Origin: Octopus sinensis
Lineage: Eukaryota
Assembly (NCBI RefSeq): GCF_006345805.1
Contig: NW_021835468.1
Span: 1-64,000, forward strand
DNA: 64,000 nucleotides
Direction: 5' to 3'
Numbering within the stretch: the stretch's first letter is position 1; each line of letters starts with the position of its first letter. The notes under the pieces were generated by a model. The model did not search any database, had not been told where the DNA came from, and worked only from the letters and a program-made list of their open reading frames with translations. Shown piece by piece: positions 35,172-47,276 of the stretch. Both the position numbers and the translations under genes were made by a program.

Positions 35172-35981
35172 AACGTCAAGTTGTAAGATGTGAAAGATGA
35201 ACAATGCATGAAGTTTTAAGGAAATATTCACCGTTACGTTACAATACCTTGCCTCGATGGGCAGGTTAATGATAAATCCAAAAGCATGTGAAGTAAAGTT
35301 TGTGTTTGTGTTCTCTTCATTGTTTAGTAGTAATTACAGAGAGAGATAGAATGATGTTGTAAGAGAACAGAATTAGAGCTAGTGAGAGTTGTAGGGTGTT
35401 GTCTCACGGTTGCTGACAATAAACTTCATTTCTCCCTCTGACCAAGGTTCTAGCTGGTCAGCCAGACTTTGTTCTCACTGAGTTGTTACCAAAGTGGCTA
35501 ACTGGTTGAGTGAACCATGTGACTGAACTCACTTTTTGCTTGGGGGGTTTATGCTTTTATAACTATCCAGAAGGATAGACATATTATTGAGAACAATAGA
35601 TTTAGTTAGTGGTCTTGTTATCTCTATTCTAGCTTTTGGTGAAGTAGAAGAGGTTAGAAAGGGTCAAGTGGTGAAGACATTATTTTGGCCTAGCTAAAGG
35701 CATCTGGAAAATGTAAAACTGCTGTCAGAGAAAAACCATTGATCCACCGTGGGAACAGTTCTGTTGCAGTGTTAATTTAAACTTGGCTATAATGGATCGA
35801 ATCCACTTCATGCATGCAAGATCCACTACATATTTGTATGTGTGCATATATGTATGTATGTATATATGTATGAATGTATTTGCATGTATATACGTGCTTT
35901 TATACATACATAGAAATAGGTACATGCGCATTTCAGAGTGCACGATCATGCTTATCATCTGTGAGCGTGTGTGTGTATATT

Positions 35982-36372
35982 ACTCTTTTACTTGTTTCAA
36001 TCATTTGACTGCGGCCATGCTGGAGCACCGCCTTTAGTCGAGCACATCGACCCCAGAACTTATTCTTTGTAAGCCTAGTACTTATTCTATCGGTCTCTTT
36101 TGTCGAACCGCTAAGTAATGGGGACATAAACACACCAGCATCGGTTGTCAAGCAATGCTAGGGGGACAAACACACACACACGCACACAACATATATATAT
36201 ACATATATACGACGGGCTTCTTTCAGTTTCCGTCTACCAAATCCACTCACAAGGCTTTGGTCGGCCCGCGGCTATAGTAGAAGACTCTTGCCCAAGGTGC
36301 CATGCAGTGGGACTGAACCCGGAACCATGTGGTTGGTAAACAAGCTACTTACCACACAGCCACTCCTGCGCC
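35982..36372 (-). mobile_element. SINE family A, full length
   Basis: Family match; followed by a long (TA)n to about 36585. Confidence 0.92.
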
Positions 36373-36419
36373 TATACATATATATACATATATTTTATAT
36401 ATATATATATATAATATAC

Positions 36420-36461
<42 letters not shown>

Positions 36462-36522
36462 ATAACACATATATATACATATATACACATATATATACAT
36501 ATATATATACATATAATATACA

Positions 36523-36582
<60 letters not shown>

Positions 36583-37199
36583 ATGTACACTATGCATTTA
36601 TAAAACATCAGTAATGTAAATCCGAGAGATCTTAGGAGGTTGTTTTCGCCGCCCTTTTGTGCCAAACACTTTCTTTCCCTGTTTCTTTCGTTGAATTTCA
36701 ACCCCCAATTTTTTTTTAAAAAGGCACAAAAACACAAAATAAAAAAAAAAATTCAAAAGAAATCCACAGATATAAAACAACATAAAAACAATTAAAAAAC
36801 AACAGACAAAATAAATGCTAAATTTGTTGCTGATTTCGTTTCAATCTCCAGCTTAATCACTTCAGAAAAAAACCCCAAAAACCCTGACTTCTGCCGCCCT
36901 TTAAAATTATACATCGTTGTTGTCATTAAATTAATAAATCTCACTCATTCGCTTAACAGACCTTATTTTTGTTCTGCTTGTTGTTTTTCGCATGTTTTTT
37001 TTTTCTCCTTTTTATTGAGGTTTTCTTATTAATGTTGATTTTTTTCCTTTCATTAATGCGGACAGGGGGTGTTTCTGCTTACCTCCCCTTCCTTTTCTCT
37101 CTCCTGTTATTTAACGTTATTTATCCCATGTCACTTTTGCTTAAGTTCTTCCTTCACTTTTCCCTTTTTTTCCCCATTTTTTAATTGTCTTATCTGCCA

Positions 37200-37223
37200 T
37201 GCTCTCTCTCTCTCTCCCTCTCC

Positions 37224-37258
<35 letters not shown>

Positions 37259-37586
37259 AACTGTGTCTGTCTATTTATCTCAGTCTTTCTCTACCTGTCT
37301 GTCTTTCTCTCTCTCTCTCTTCCTGTGTGTTTCTCTCTCTATCTCGATCTTTCTCTGTCAGTCCGTCTCTCTCTCTCTCTTCCTGTGTGTTTCTCTCTCT
37401 GTCTCTTTCTAATTGTGTCTGTCTATCTCTCTCTCTCTCTCCCTCCCCTCTCTCTGCCTTTCACTATCACTCTCTCCAACTGTCTATGCATCTGTCTGTC
37501 TGTCTCAATCTTTCTCTGTCAGTCTGTCTCTCTCTCTCTCTCTTCCTCTGTGTGTTTCTCTCTCTGTCTCTTTCTAATTGTGTCTG

Positions 37587-37617
<31 letters not shown>

Positions 37618-38160
37618 AACTGTGTCTGTCTATTTATCTCAGTCTTTCTCTACCTGTCTGTCTTTCTCTTTCTCTCTCTGTTTTTCTGACTGTCTATCTA
37701 AGTCTTTCTCTGCCTCTCTCTCTCTCTCTCTCATTGTGTCTGTCTATCTTTGTCTGTCTGTCTGTCTCTGAGTCTCTCTTTCTCTTTCTTTTTCAAACTG
37801 TCTGTTTATCTTTCTAATTCTCTTTCTCTCTCTTTCTCTCTAAATGTGTCTTTTTGTTTCAGTCTTTCTGTTTGTCTGTCTGTCTGTCTGTCTTTCTAAC
37901 TGCCTATCTTTCTAACCATGTCTGCTTTTCTCTCTCTCTCTCTCCCTCACTGTCTCTATCAATATCTCTCTCTCTCTTTCCCTCCTTTCCTTTGTCTTTC
38001 TCTCTCTCCCTCACTGTCTCTATCAATATCTCTCTCTCTTTCCCTCCTTTCCTTTGTCTCTCTCTCTCTTTCCCTCCTTTCCTTTGTCTCTCTCTCTCTC
38101 CCTCACTGTCTCTATCAATGTCTCTCCTTCTCTCTGCCTCACTCTCTTTCTCTCTCTCAC
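37200..38160. repeat. CT/CTGT-rich compound satellite
   Basis: Direct inspection. Confidence 0.92.
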
Positions 38161-38445
38161 CCTTTTGTTCTCGTACTTCTCATTAAACTACACTGCTTTT
38201 GTTTCAATTAATCTTGAAAAAACGAGCAAGAATTCAGTAAAATGTCTTCATCCTTAATCTGGTGATTAGAAATTAAGTTTACATTGAATCTCGATGAAAC
38301 CTTTTCCATTTCCATCACTTTACCAAAGGAAGCTAATTATCATAGAACCAGGGTCAGTTTCCAGTAGCTTCGTCTGTACAAGGTTAGCCCTTTAGCATTT
38401 AAGCTGACCATATCTGGCTCAAATACTCAACCTTGTTTTATGTTT

Positions 38446-38670
38446 AACCCATTAGCATTTAAACCGGCCATATCCGGCCAAAAGTATTCTGCCTGTTTTA
38501 TGTTCAAACTGGCCAGATCTGGTCTCTCACACCAACCCTACAATATCATTTTAAAAATTAACAGCTTCCTCATCAAAATCTCAGCACTACAAGATAATGC
38601 ATGATTAGTTCAAAACAATGTGGATAAAAAAGGATTAATTTTGGCAGAATAATGCGAACACTAAAGGATT
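38446..38670. mobile_element. piggyBac-like MITE, same family as 10380, opposite orientation
   Basis: TTAACCCATTAGCATT...AACACTAAAGGATTAA; internal sequence is the reverse complement of 10380-10599. Confidence 0.75.
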
Positions 38671-38786
38671 AAACCAGCCAGATCTGGCTTCTCATACCTT
38701 TCCTACAATGTCATTCTAAAAATAAACAATCCCATCATTAATATCTCAAAATTATGAGATAATGAATGATAAATTGAAAGCAATCA

Positions 38787-39130
38787 TCATCATCATCATC
38801 ATCATTTAATGTCCCTTGTTCATGCTGACATGGGTTGGACGGTTTGACCAGGGCTGGGAAGCTGGAAGGCTGCACCAGACTCCAGTCTGAATTGGCATGA
38901 TTTTCCATGGCTGGATGCCCTTCCTAATGCCAACCACTCTGAGAGTGTAATGGGTGCTTTTACGTGCCACTGGCACAGGTGCCATGTGCATCACACTGGT
39001 ATCTGCCACAACTGTGATTTTGCTTGGCTTGGTGGGTCTTCTTCTCAAGCGTGACATAATGCCAAAGGTCTTGGTCATTGCCCCCGTGAGGCCCAACACT
39101 CAAAAGGAATTTGGCCACTTTGCCTCTGGA
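38787..39130 (-). mobile_element. Older RTE 3' tail
   Basis: (CAT)n then family match, including the ORF-derived repeat GGGCCTCAC...GCAATGACC...CCTTTGGC. Confidence 0.82.
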
Positions 39131-39158
39131 TAAATAAGGATCACAGTTGACAGAATAA

Positions 39159-39477
39159 TCTGAATGCTAAAGGGTTGAATCGGCCATATCTAGTCCAAAT
39201 ATTCTACTTTTTTTTTTGTTCAGACTTGTCAGATCCACCCTCTCACACCTACCCTACAATGTCATTCTGAAAATAAACAATCCCATCATTGAAATCTCAA
39301 AGCCACGAGATGATGCAGTCTGAATGCTAAAGGGTTGAATCGGCCATATCTAGTCCAAATATTCTACTTTTTTTTTTGTTCAGACTTGTCAGATCCACCC
39401 TCTCACACCTACCCTACAATGTCATTCTGAAAATAAACAATCCCATCATTGAAATCTCAAAGCCATGAGATGATGCA
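39159..39477. repeat. 160-bp tandem duplication of a MITE fragment
   Basis: 39159-39318 and 39319-39477, one substitution seen. Confidence 0.92.
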
Positions 39478-39764
39478 AGAATAAATGCAAATAATGCGAA
39501 TAAATAAGCAAAATCGACCAAAATCTGGTCCAAGTTTTTTACCTTTGATAATAATTAAATCTGCAACTGAGAAGAGATAATTAATTTGGCAACGATTTAC
39601 TAAAGTTATTTTTTCGAAGCCATTTATTACTCGAGAAAAATAATTTAAGGTCTCGTTTTTGTAAATTGTTGCACAACCTGCCACCTTCTAATTAGTAGTT
39701 TCATCACCCCACCATCACCACCACCACAATAATAATAATAATAATAATAATGACAACAACATTG

Positions 39765-40260
39765 TTTTGTCTTGGTATAAAAGATGGGCTGCAGCAAATA
39801 TTCTGCTCAGTACCACAGATTTGTTTGTCAGTTGTTTGACCGTAACCAGTTGAGCATGTCCCTTAGTGGCTGACGATATGTGCATCTCTGATCATGTGCA
39901 GGAGTAGTGGGGGACCATCATAGCCATATGTTGAGAGGAATTCTTTGGGGTTTGAATAATTCCCTTCTGGAAACATGGGTATTTTTTTATCATCCTCAAA
40001 CAACCCTTATTCAGGGACCTTTTGAGGAGAATGGGCTACTTAACCTGAAGAAAATTCTAACTGGGCCCCACCTGCAAGGTCATGTGCTGTTTATCTTGAT
40101 ATGAGATCACCATGTCACACACATATGGTTGTGATGCATGTGCCTGGTGTATCCTTACCAGATGGGTAGTCATGATGGGTATACTGGGCTTCGTATATTT
40201 GTACCCCAGTGTTACCTTGATGGCATACTCTGTTCTCTCACTCAATAAGGATAGTAATAA
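39765..40260 (+). mobile_element. Unclassified ~500-bp interspersed repeat with a TAA-like tail
   Basis: Reverse-complement copy at 51205-51760. Confidence 0.8.
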
Positions 40261-40502
40261 CCCTTTCTACCAAAGGAACAAAGCCTGAAATCTTTTGGGA
40301 AGGGGGGGTAGTTGATTAGATCAACCCCAGTATGCAACTGGTACTTAATTTATTGACATTGAAAGGTTGAAAGGCAAAGTGAACCACGGTGGAATTTGAA
40401 CTCAGAACGTAAAGACAAACAAAATACCGCTAAGCATTTCGCCCGGTGTGCTAACGTTTCTGCCAGCTTGCCGCCTTGCTAGTCAATTATATCAACCCCA
40501 GA

Positions 40503-40751
40503 ATCGGTTGTCAAGCAATGCTAGGGGGACAGGCACAGACACACAAACATATACACACACATACATATATATATATATACATATATACGACAGGCTTCTT
40601 TCAGTTTCCGTCTACCAAATCCACTCACAAGGCATTGGTCGGCCCGAGGCTATAGCAGAAGACACTTGCCCAAGATGCCAGGCAGTGGAACTGAACCCGG
40701 AACCATGTGGTTGGTTAGCAAGCTACTTACCACACAGCCACTCCTGTGCCT
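40503..40751 (-). mobile_element. SINE family A, 5' two-thirds
   Basis: Family match. Confidence 0.88.
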
Positions 40752-41140
40752 ATTCTAATAATGACGAAAATAATAAAATGACAAAAATTTGTAAACTCCT
40801 TAGAATATCAAAATATAAACCGTCAACAAAAGAAGGTAAAAATATTGAAAAGAAAAAGAAAAAAGAAGAAAAAAAAAGAAGGCAGTAAAAAGGAAATAAT
40901 AGAAAAAGCAATCCAAAAAGTCTGTGAATGCTTTTCTTTCATTCCATAAAAGCGACCGTTTTGCAGCCGTGCAATTCCAAACATTGTTTTACTGCAATGA
41001 AATCAGAATGTTATTTTACTCCATGCTAGATTGTGGTGTTTTTATTTAATGGTTTTTGCTTTTGCTATTTTTTAAATTTATTTTTCTATTTCTTAGTTTT
41101 TATTTTTATTTTTATTTGTAATTTTTCTTTCAGTAAATTA

Positions 41141-41174
<34 letters not shown>

Positions 41175-41403
41175 GTCTTCCAATTACATTTCATACCTGA
41201 TTCTAATGAGTTGTTAATCACCTGACACCCTGAAGCTACAAAGAAATGGAGGAAAAAGATGGAATTGTGGATAATAATAATCAGAATCATAACGATGATG
41301 ATGATGATAAAGTTAAGGGAGAGGGGGGTGGGAGTGAAGAAAAGAGAATAATAAAGTGGATATCAGAAGAAACAATACAGAGAAACGAGGGGGTGGGAGA
41401 AGG

Positions 41404-41442
<39 letters not shown>

Positions 41443-41629
41443 CTTACACATACACATATTTACACACATACCACACACACACAGAGACACACACACGCGC
41501 ACATGCATACTTACAAGCGCACACACACACACGTGTTTACGCACACACATACACACGCACAACGTGGATCAACTTGGATATTCTTGTCGGAAGAAGCCTG
41601 AACACAAAGTGTTAAATTTGGGACACTTC

Positions 41630-42023
41630 CTATTATCATCATCATCATCATCATCATTGAAAACATTGAAATCATCATCATCATCATCACATCACCACCA
41701 CCACCATCATCATCATCATCACCACCACCATCATCACCATCATCAACACCACCACCACCACCATCATCATCACCACCACCATCATCATCATCATCACCAC
41801 CACCACCATCATCACCATCATCATTGAAAACATTGAAATCATCATCATCACCATTGAAAACATTGAAACCATCATCATCACCATCACCACCATCATCATC
41901 ACCACCATCATCACCACCACCATCATCATCACCATCATCACCACCACCATCATCATCATCATCATCATAATCATCACCATCATCATCATCACCACCATCA
42001 TCATCACCATCACCACCACCACC

Positions 42024-42055
<32 letters not shown>

Positions 42056-42135
42056 TGAAAACATTGAAATCATTAACACCACCACCACGACCACCACCAC
42101 CACCATCACCACCATCATCATCAACATCATCATCG
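41630..42135. repeat. (CAT/CAC)n satellite with recurring ATTGAAAACATTGAAA
   Basis: Direct inspection. Confidence 0.93.
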
Positions 42136-42139
42136 TCAA

Positions 42140-42810
42140 GGCAGTAAGCTGGCAGAATCGTTAGCACACCGGGTGAAATGCTCAGTGACATTTCGCCTGA
42201 CTTTATGTTCTGAGTTCAAATTCTGCCAAAGTCGACTTTGCCTTTCATCCTTTCGGGGTTGATAACTTAAGTACCAGTTGAGTACTAGGGTCGATGCAGT
42301 TGACTAGCCCCTTCTCCCAAATTTCAGGCCATCTGCCTATAATAGAAAGGATTATAATTGTTGATACTGATAAGGTGTTGAGCTGGCAGATTCGTTAGGA
42401 CATCGGGCGAAATGCTAAACCGTATGTCGTCTGCTGCTACGTTCTGAGTTCAAATTCTGCCAAGGTCAACTTTGTCCTTCATCCTTTCGGGGGTCAATAA
42501 ATTAAGTACCAAGTGAAACACGGGTCGATGTAATTGACTTACCCACTCCTTCAAAATTTCAGCCCTTCTGCTTTTACTAGAAAGGACTCAAGATGGCAGA
42601 ATCATTAACACGCCAGTCAAAATGCTCAACAGCATTTTGTCTGTCTATTTGTTTTGAGTTCAAATTCTGCCGCAGTCGACTTTGCCTTTCATCCTTTCGG
42701 GGGTCGATTAAATAAATACCAGTTACGCACTAGGGTCAATGTAATCGACTTAATCCCATCCCCTGAATTTGAGGCCTTGTGCTTCCAGTAGAAAGTACTA
42801 TCATTATAGC
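42140..42810 (+). mobile_element. Head-to-tail array of three older family B SINEs
   Basis: Heads near 42140, 42372 and 42590. Confidence 0.8.
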
Positions 42811-42820
42811 AGTACTTTGT

Positions 42821-43203
42821 GGAGGCGCAATGGCCCAGTGGTTAGGGCAGCGGACTCGCGGTCGTAGGATCATGGTTTCGATTCCCAGACCGGGCGTTGT
42901 GAGTGTTTATTGAGCGAAAACATCTAAAGCTCCACGAGGCTCCGGCAGGGGATGGTGGTGATCCCTGCTGTACTCTTTCACCACAACTTTCTCTCACTCT
43001 TACTTCCTGTTTCTGTTGTACCTGTATTTCAAAGGGCCGGCCTTGTCACTCTCTGTGTCACGCTGAATATCCCCGAGAACTACGTTAAGGGTGCACTTGT
43101 CTGTGGAGTGCTCAGCCACTTACACGTTAATTTCACGAGCAGGCTGTTCCGTTGATCGGATCAACCGGAACCCTCGTCGTCGTAACCGACGGAGTGCTTC
43201 CAC
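42821..43203 (+). mobile_element. SINE family D inserted into a B copy, 7-bp TSD
   Basis: ACTTTGT on both sides; the B copy resumes at about 43210-43365. Confidence 0.9.
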
Positions 43204-43614
43204 CACTTTGTCTGCCCCTACGTTCTGAGTTCAAATTCCACTGAGGTCGACTTTGCCTTTCATCCTTTCGAGGTCGATTAAATAAGTATCAGTTACACAC
43301 TGGGGTCGATGTAATCGACTTAATCCCTTTGTCTGTCCTTGTTTGTCCCCTCTGTGTTTAGCCCGAACCAAGGGAAGTAAATGTGTTTGGTTGCATCTCG
43401 TGGCATCCCTGTCGATTAATTTTAGTAGCTGTTGGGGCCTGGTGGTGGTGAGTATTTAAGGGGAAATAAAGGCAGCAAAGAGCTGGTGGTGGTGGTGGGG
43501 TCTAAGGAGACAGAAAGGATAGGAAGAGAGAAGCAGAGGTGTGTGTGTGTATATATGTATGTATATATGTGTGTGTACATGTGTGTGTATGTGTATGTAC
43601 GTATATATATATAT

Positions 43615-43810
43615 AGCGGAGTAAACGCATATGTGAAACAAGGTGGAAAAAAGAGTACTCAAATACCAGTGGTAGAGTAATATGCTTTATTTAAAGCAGC
43701 AGAAAATTCAACAAAACCTGTTACTCTAGCAAAAAACTGTCTGATGAACGGCAACGGGAAACTCAGAGTAACAGGTTTTGTTGAATTTTCTGCTGCTTTA
43801 AATAAAGTAT
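43615..43810. mobile_element. Penelope-like pseudo-LTR remnants in inverted orientation
   Basis: Perfect 43-bp inverted repeat (43685-43727 / 43765-43807) inside TA-rich DNA, containing a hammerhead motif. Confidence 0.6.
43737..43774 (+). ncRNA. Minimal type I hammerhead ribozyme motif
   Basis: CTGT-CTGATGA-A CG GCAA CG G-GAAA-CTC A GA-GTA-ACAG: helix I, intact core, GNRA-capped helix II, quasi-palindromic helix III, GUA site. Confidence 0.65.
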
Positions 43811-44342
43811 ATGTATATATATATATATATATTATATTAAATTATATATATATATATTAAATTAGAGACAAAACCATCCCCTGAATTATATATATATATA
43901 TATATAATGGGATTAAGTGGTTTTGTCTCTAATTTAATATAATATAATATTTTACTATAAAATTGGATTCAATCCTAAATCTGATTTTTCCCTGTAAGTT
44001 TGGATTTATTCCCTAATATTTATTATTATATATATATATATATATGCGTGTGTATGTATATATGTGTGCGTGTATATGTGTGTGTATATATGTATGTATG
44101 TATGATTGTACTCTACAAGCCTTCTTCTAACAGTTCTGGTTGATATTTGTGAAGTACGTGCCTCATTGAAGTCCACACAGAGCTCCGACTATATTTTTCT
44201 CCTGTTTCAGAGTGACTGAGAGATGATCTATCTATCATCTTGAGGTGATGTAACCTTTTTTTATACTTGTTCTTTGTGTTGTCTTCACATCTTTTGTCTC
44301 TCTGAAGCGCTTGAGAGTCGTTTGCACTGCACATCAAGAACA

Positions 44343-44725
44343 GAGGCGCAATGGCCCAGTGGTTAGGGCAGCGAACTCACGGTCAAAGGATCGCGGTTTC
44401 GATTCCCAGACCGGGCGTTGTAAGTGTTTATTGAGCGAAAACACCCAAAGCTCCACGAGGCTCCGGCAGGGGATGGTGGTGATCCCTGCTGTACTCTTTC
44501 ACCACAACTTTCTCTCACTCTTACTTCTTGTTTCTGTTGTACCTGTATTTCAAAGGGCCGTCCTTGTCACTCTCTGTGCCACGCTGAATATCCCCGAGAA
44601 CTACGTTAAGGGTGCACGTGTCTGTGGAGTGCCCAGCCACTTACACGTTAATTTCACGAGCAGGCTGTTCCGTTGATTCGGATCAACCGGAACCCTCGTC
44701 GTCGTAACCGACGGAGTGCTTCCAT
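44343..44725 (+). mobile_element. SINE family D, 12-bp TSD
   Basis: CACATCAAGAAC on both sides. Confidence 0.93.
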
Positions 44726-44954
44726 CACATCAAGAACATTTCATCTGAGCAATTTGCCTTTGCAACCTTCCATCTTCATGATGAGCTATGATTTGACCTC
44801 ACTCACACTCACTTAACCCCCTTGTTTTAGGTATTTTACAGTTTAATAATTGTACCTACAACATATTTTAGCATAAAACTCTGAAATAATCAAGGAAACA
44901 TAAGTTAATTTTGGACATTGGTCTTACTCATAAATGGTAGCGTATATACAGTAT

Positions 44955-45089
44955 AAAAGTAGTAACTGATGCTAAAGGAGGGTCAACCAGATATTAAAAC
45001 TAATGTGAAATATGCCATAATCTATCTTGTGCACAAGTTTCATTAACACCAAAACATTGGGGTGGCCTAATACTTTTGGCCAAGGCTGT
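44955..45089. mobile_element. Tc1-like terminal fragment
   Basis: Ends AATACTTTTGGCCAAGGCTG|TA (reverse complement TA|CAG...GCCAAAAGTATT). Confidence 0.5.
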
Positions 45090-45106
45090 ATGTGTGTGTG
45101 TGTGTG

Positions 45107-45701
45107 TGGAGGACACCTGTGGTAGAGGTAGACCCAGGAAGACATAGGATGAGGTGGTGAAGCATGATCTCCGAACTCTGGGCCTTGCAGAGACAATGAC
45201 TAGTAACCGAGACCTTTGGTGATATACTTTGCTTGAGAAGACCCACCAAGCCAAGTGAAATCATAGTCGTGGCTGATGCAGGTGGTATGTAATTGGCACC
45301 CATGCAGGTGTAAATGGCACCTGAGCAGATGTCATGTAAAGAGCACCCTTCAAGCGTTGAGTCTCACAGAGGCAAAGGGGTTGAGCTCCTTTCTAATGTT
45401 GGGCCTCATAGAACCAACGACCGAGACCTTTGGCATTATGTTGCACTTGAGAAGAGGACCCATCATACCAAGTAAAATCAGTTGTAGATACCAGTGTCAC
45501 ACAAATAGCACCCATGATGGTGGCATGTAAAAGCACCCATTACACTCTTGGAGTGGTTGGCATTAGGAAGGGTAGGCATCCAGACATAGAAAACCATGCC
45601 AAATCAGACTGGAGAATGGTGCAACCTTCAAGCGTGAAGCCTGGTCAAACCATCCAACCCATGCCAGCATGGGCAACAGACGTTAAATGGTGATGATGAT
45701 G
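45107..45701 (+). mobile_element. Older RTE 3' end (ORF2 C-terminus plus 3' UTR)
   Basis: GTCGRGRPRKT*DEVVKHDLRTLGL... then the tail and (GAT)n. Confidence 0.88.
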
Positions 45702-45715
45702 TGTATATAAATATA

Positions 45716-46125
45716 TGGTGAGCTGGCAGAATTGTTAGCACGCCGGGTGAAATGCTTAGCGGTATTTTGTCTGCGTTACGTTGTGAGTTCAAATTCCGCC
45801 GAGGTCGACTTTGCCTTTCATCCTTTCAGGGTCGATAAATTAAGTACCAGTTACGCACTGGGGTCGATGTAATCGACTTAATACCTATGTCTGTCCTTGT
45901 TTGTCCCCTCTGTGTTTATCCCTTAGTGGGTAATAAAGAAATAGGTATTTTGTCTGTTGCTATGTTCTGAGTTCAAATTCCGCCGAGGTCGACTTTGCCT
46001 TTCATCCTTTTGGGGTCGATAAGTTAAGAACCAGTTACGCACTGGGGTCAATGTAATCGACTTAATCCATTTGTCTGTCCTTATTTGTCCTCTCTGTGTT
46101 TAGCCCCTTGTGGACAATAAAGAAA
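45716..46125 (+). mobile_element. Two family B SINEs in tandem
   Basis: 45716-45948 and a 5'-truncated copy at 45949-46125. Confidence 0.88.
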
Positions 46126-46939
46126 TGATAAATATATATACATACATACATATATTCTTTTATTTCTTTTTTTTTGTTTCAGTCATTTCCCTGTGGCCAT
46201 GCTGGAACACTGCCTTGAAGGGATTTTAGTCAAACAAATCATTGTCAGGACTTACTTTTTTAAAGCCTAGTAGTTATTCCATCGATTTCTTTTGCTGAAT
46301 CGCTAAGTTATGGGGATGCAAACACACCAACACCAGCTGCCAAATGGTGATGGGTGGGGGGAGACAAACACAGACACAAAGACACACACACATATACAAG
46401 TAGAGAGGCCTTAAGCCAACAGGTTTGGGAATCTGGTGATACACCACAAAGTACCGTAAAGCTAGGCGCTTTATGGATGTGAAACCCAGGGTAACCCCAT
46501 AAACCTGCCTTATCTGACTTTATTGTGTTCATGCAACTTAGCGGTTCGGCGAAAGAGACAGATAGAATAAGTACCAGACTTTAAAAAACATAATTCTGCC
46601 CTCGGGTGACAACTGTTGGCGAAAACCCCACAAGGCAGTGCCCCAGCATGGTCGTCGTCCAATGACTGAAACATGCAAAAGGCAAAAGACGTATACATTC
46701 TTATATTCGTTTACTTGTTTCAGTTATTTGACTGCGGCCATGCTGGAGCACTGTTGGCGTGGTTAAATGGTTCAGAAGTTGTTTTCCTAACTACATGGCG
46801 TCGGGTTCGGTTCCACAGTGTGACACCAGGTGCGAGCGTCTTCTACTCTAGCCCCAGGCAAACCGAGGAGTTGTGCGTGCATTTGGGAGACAGAAACTGT
46901 GAGAAGCCTGTCGTGTGTGTGTGTGTGTGCATGTATGTG

Positions 46940-47262
46940 TGAAGGCACGTGGTTTAGTAGTTATGGTATTCAGCTCACACTCACGAGGTCGTGAGTTCGA
47001 TTCCCGGAGGCCGTTGTGTCCTTGAGCAAGACACTTTATTTCACGATGCTCCGGTCCACTCAGTTGGCAAAAATGAGTTGTACCTGTAATTCCAAAGGGG
47101 CTAGCCTTGTCACATTCTGTGTCACACTGAATCTCCCTGAGAACTACATTAAGGGTACACATGTCTGTGGAGTACTCAGCCACTTGCACCATTAATTTCA
47201 CGGGCAGGCTGTTCTGTTGAATGGATCAACTGGAACCCGGGTCGTCGTAACCGACAGAATGC
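46940..47262 (+). mobile_element. Chimeric SINE: tRNA head, CORE-like domain, family D 3' tail
   Basis: CCTTGAGCAAGACACTTTATTTCACG...AATGAG then GTACCTGTAATT...GTCGTAACCGAC shared with family D. Confidence 0.8.
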
Positions 47263-47276
47263 TAGTTTCACATCTA

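Noticed and set aside
41246-42191. Poly-His, poly-Asp/Gly and poly-Met/Val ORFs (also 52237-52826)
   Set aside because: Trinucleotide microsatellites are stop-free by construction
44198-44240. Strong acceptor tttttctcctgtttcag with a nearby GT
   Set aside because: The 34-nt interval has stops in all three frames; no other support
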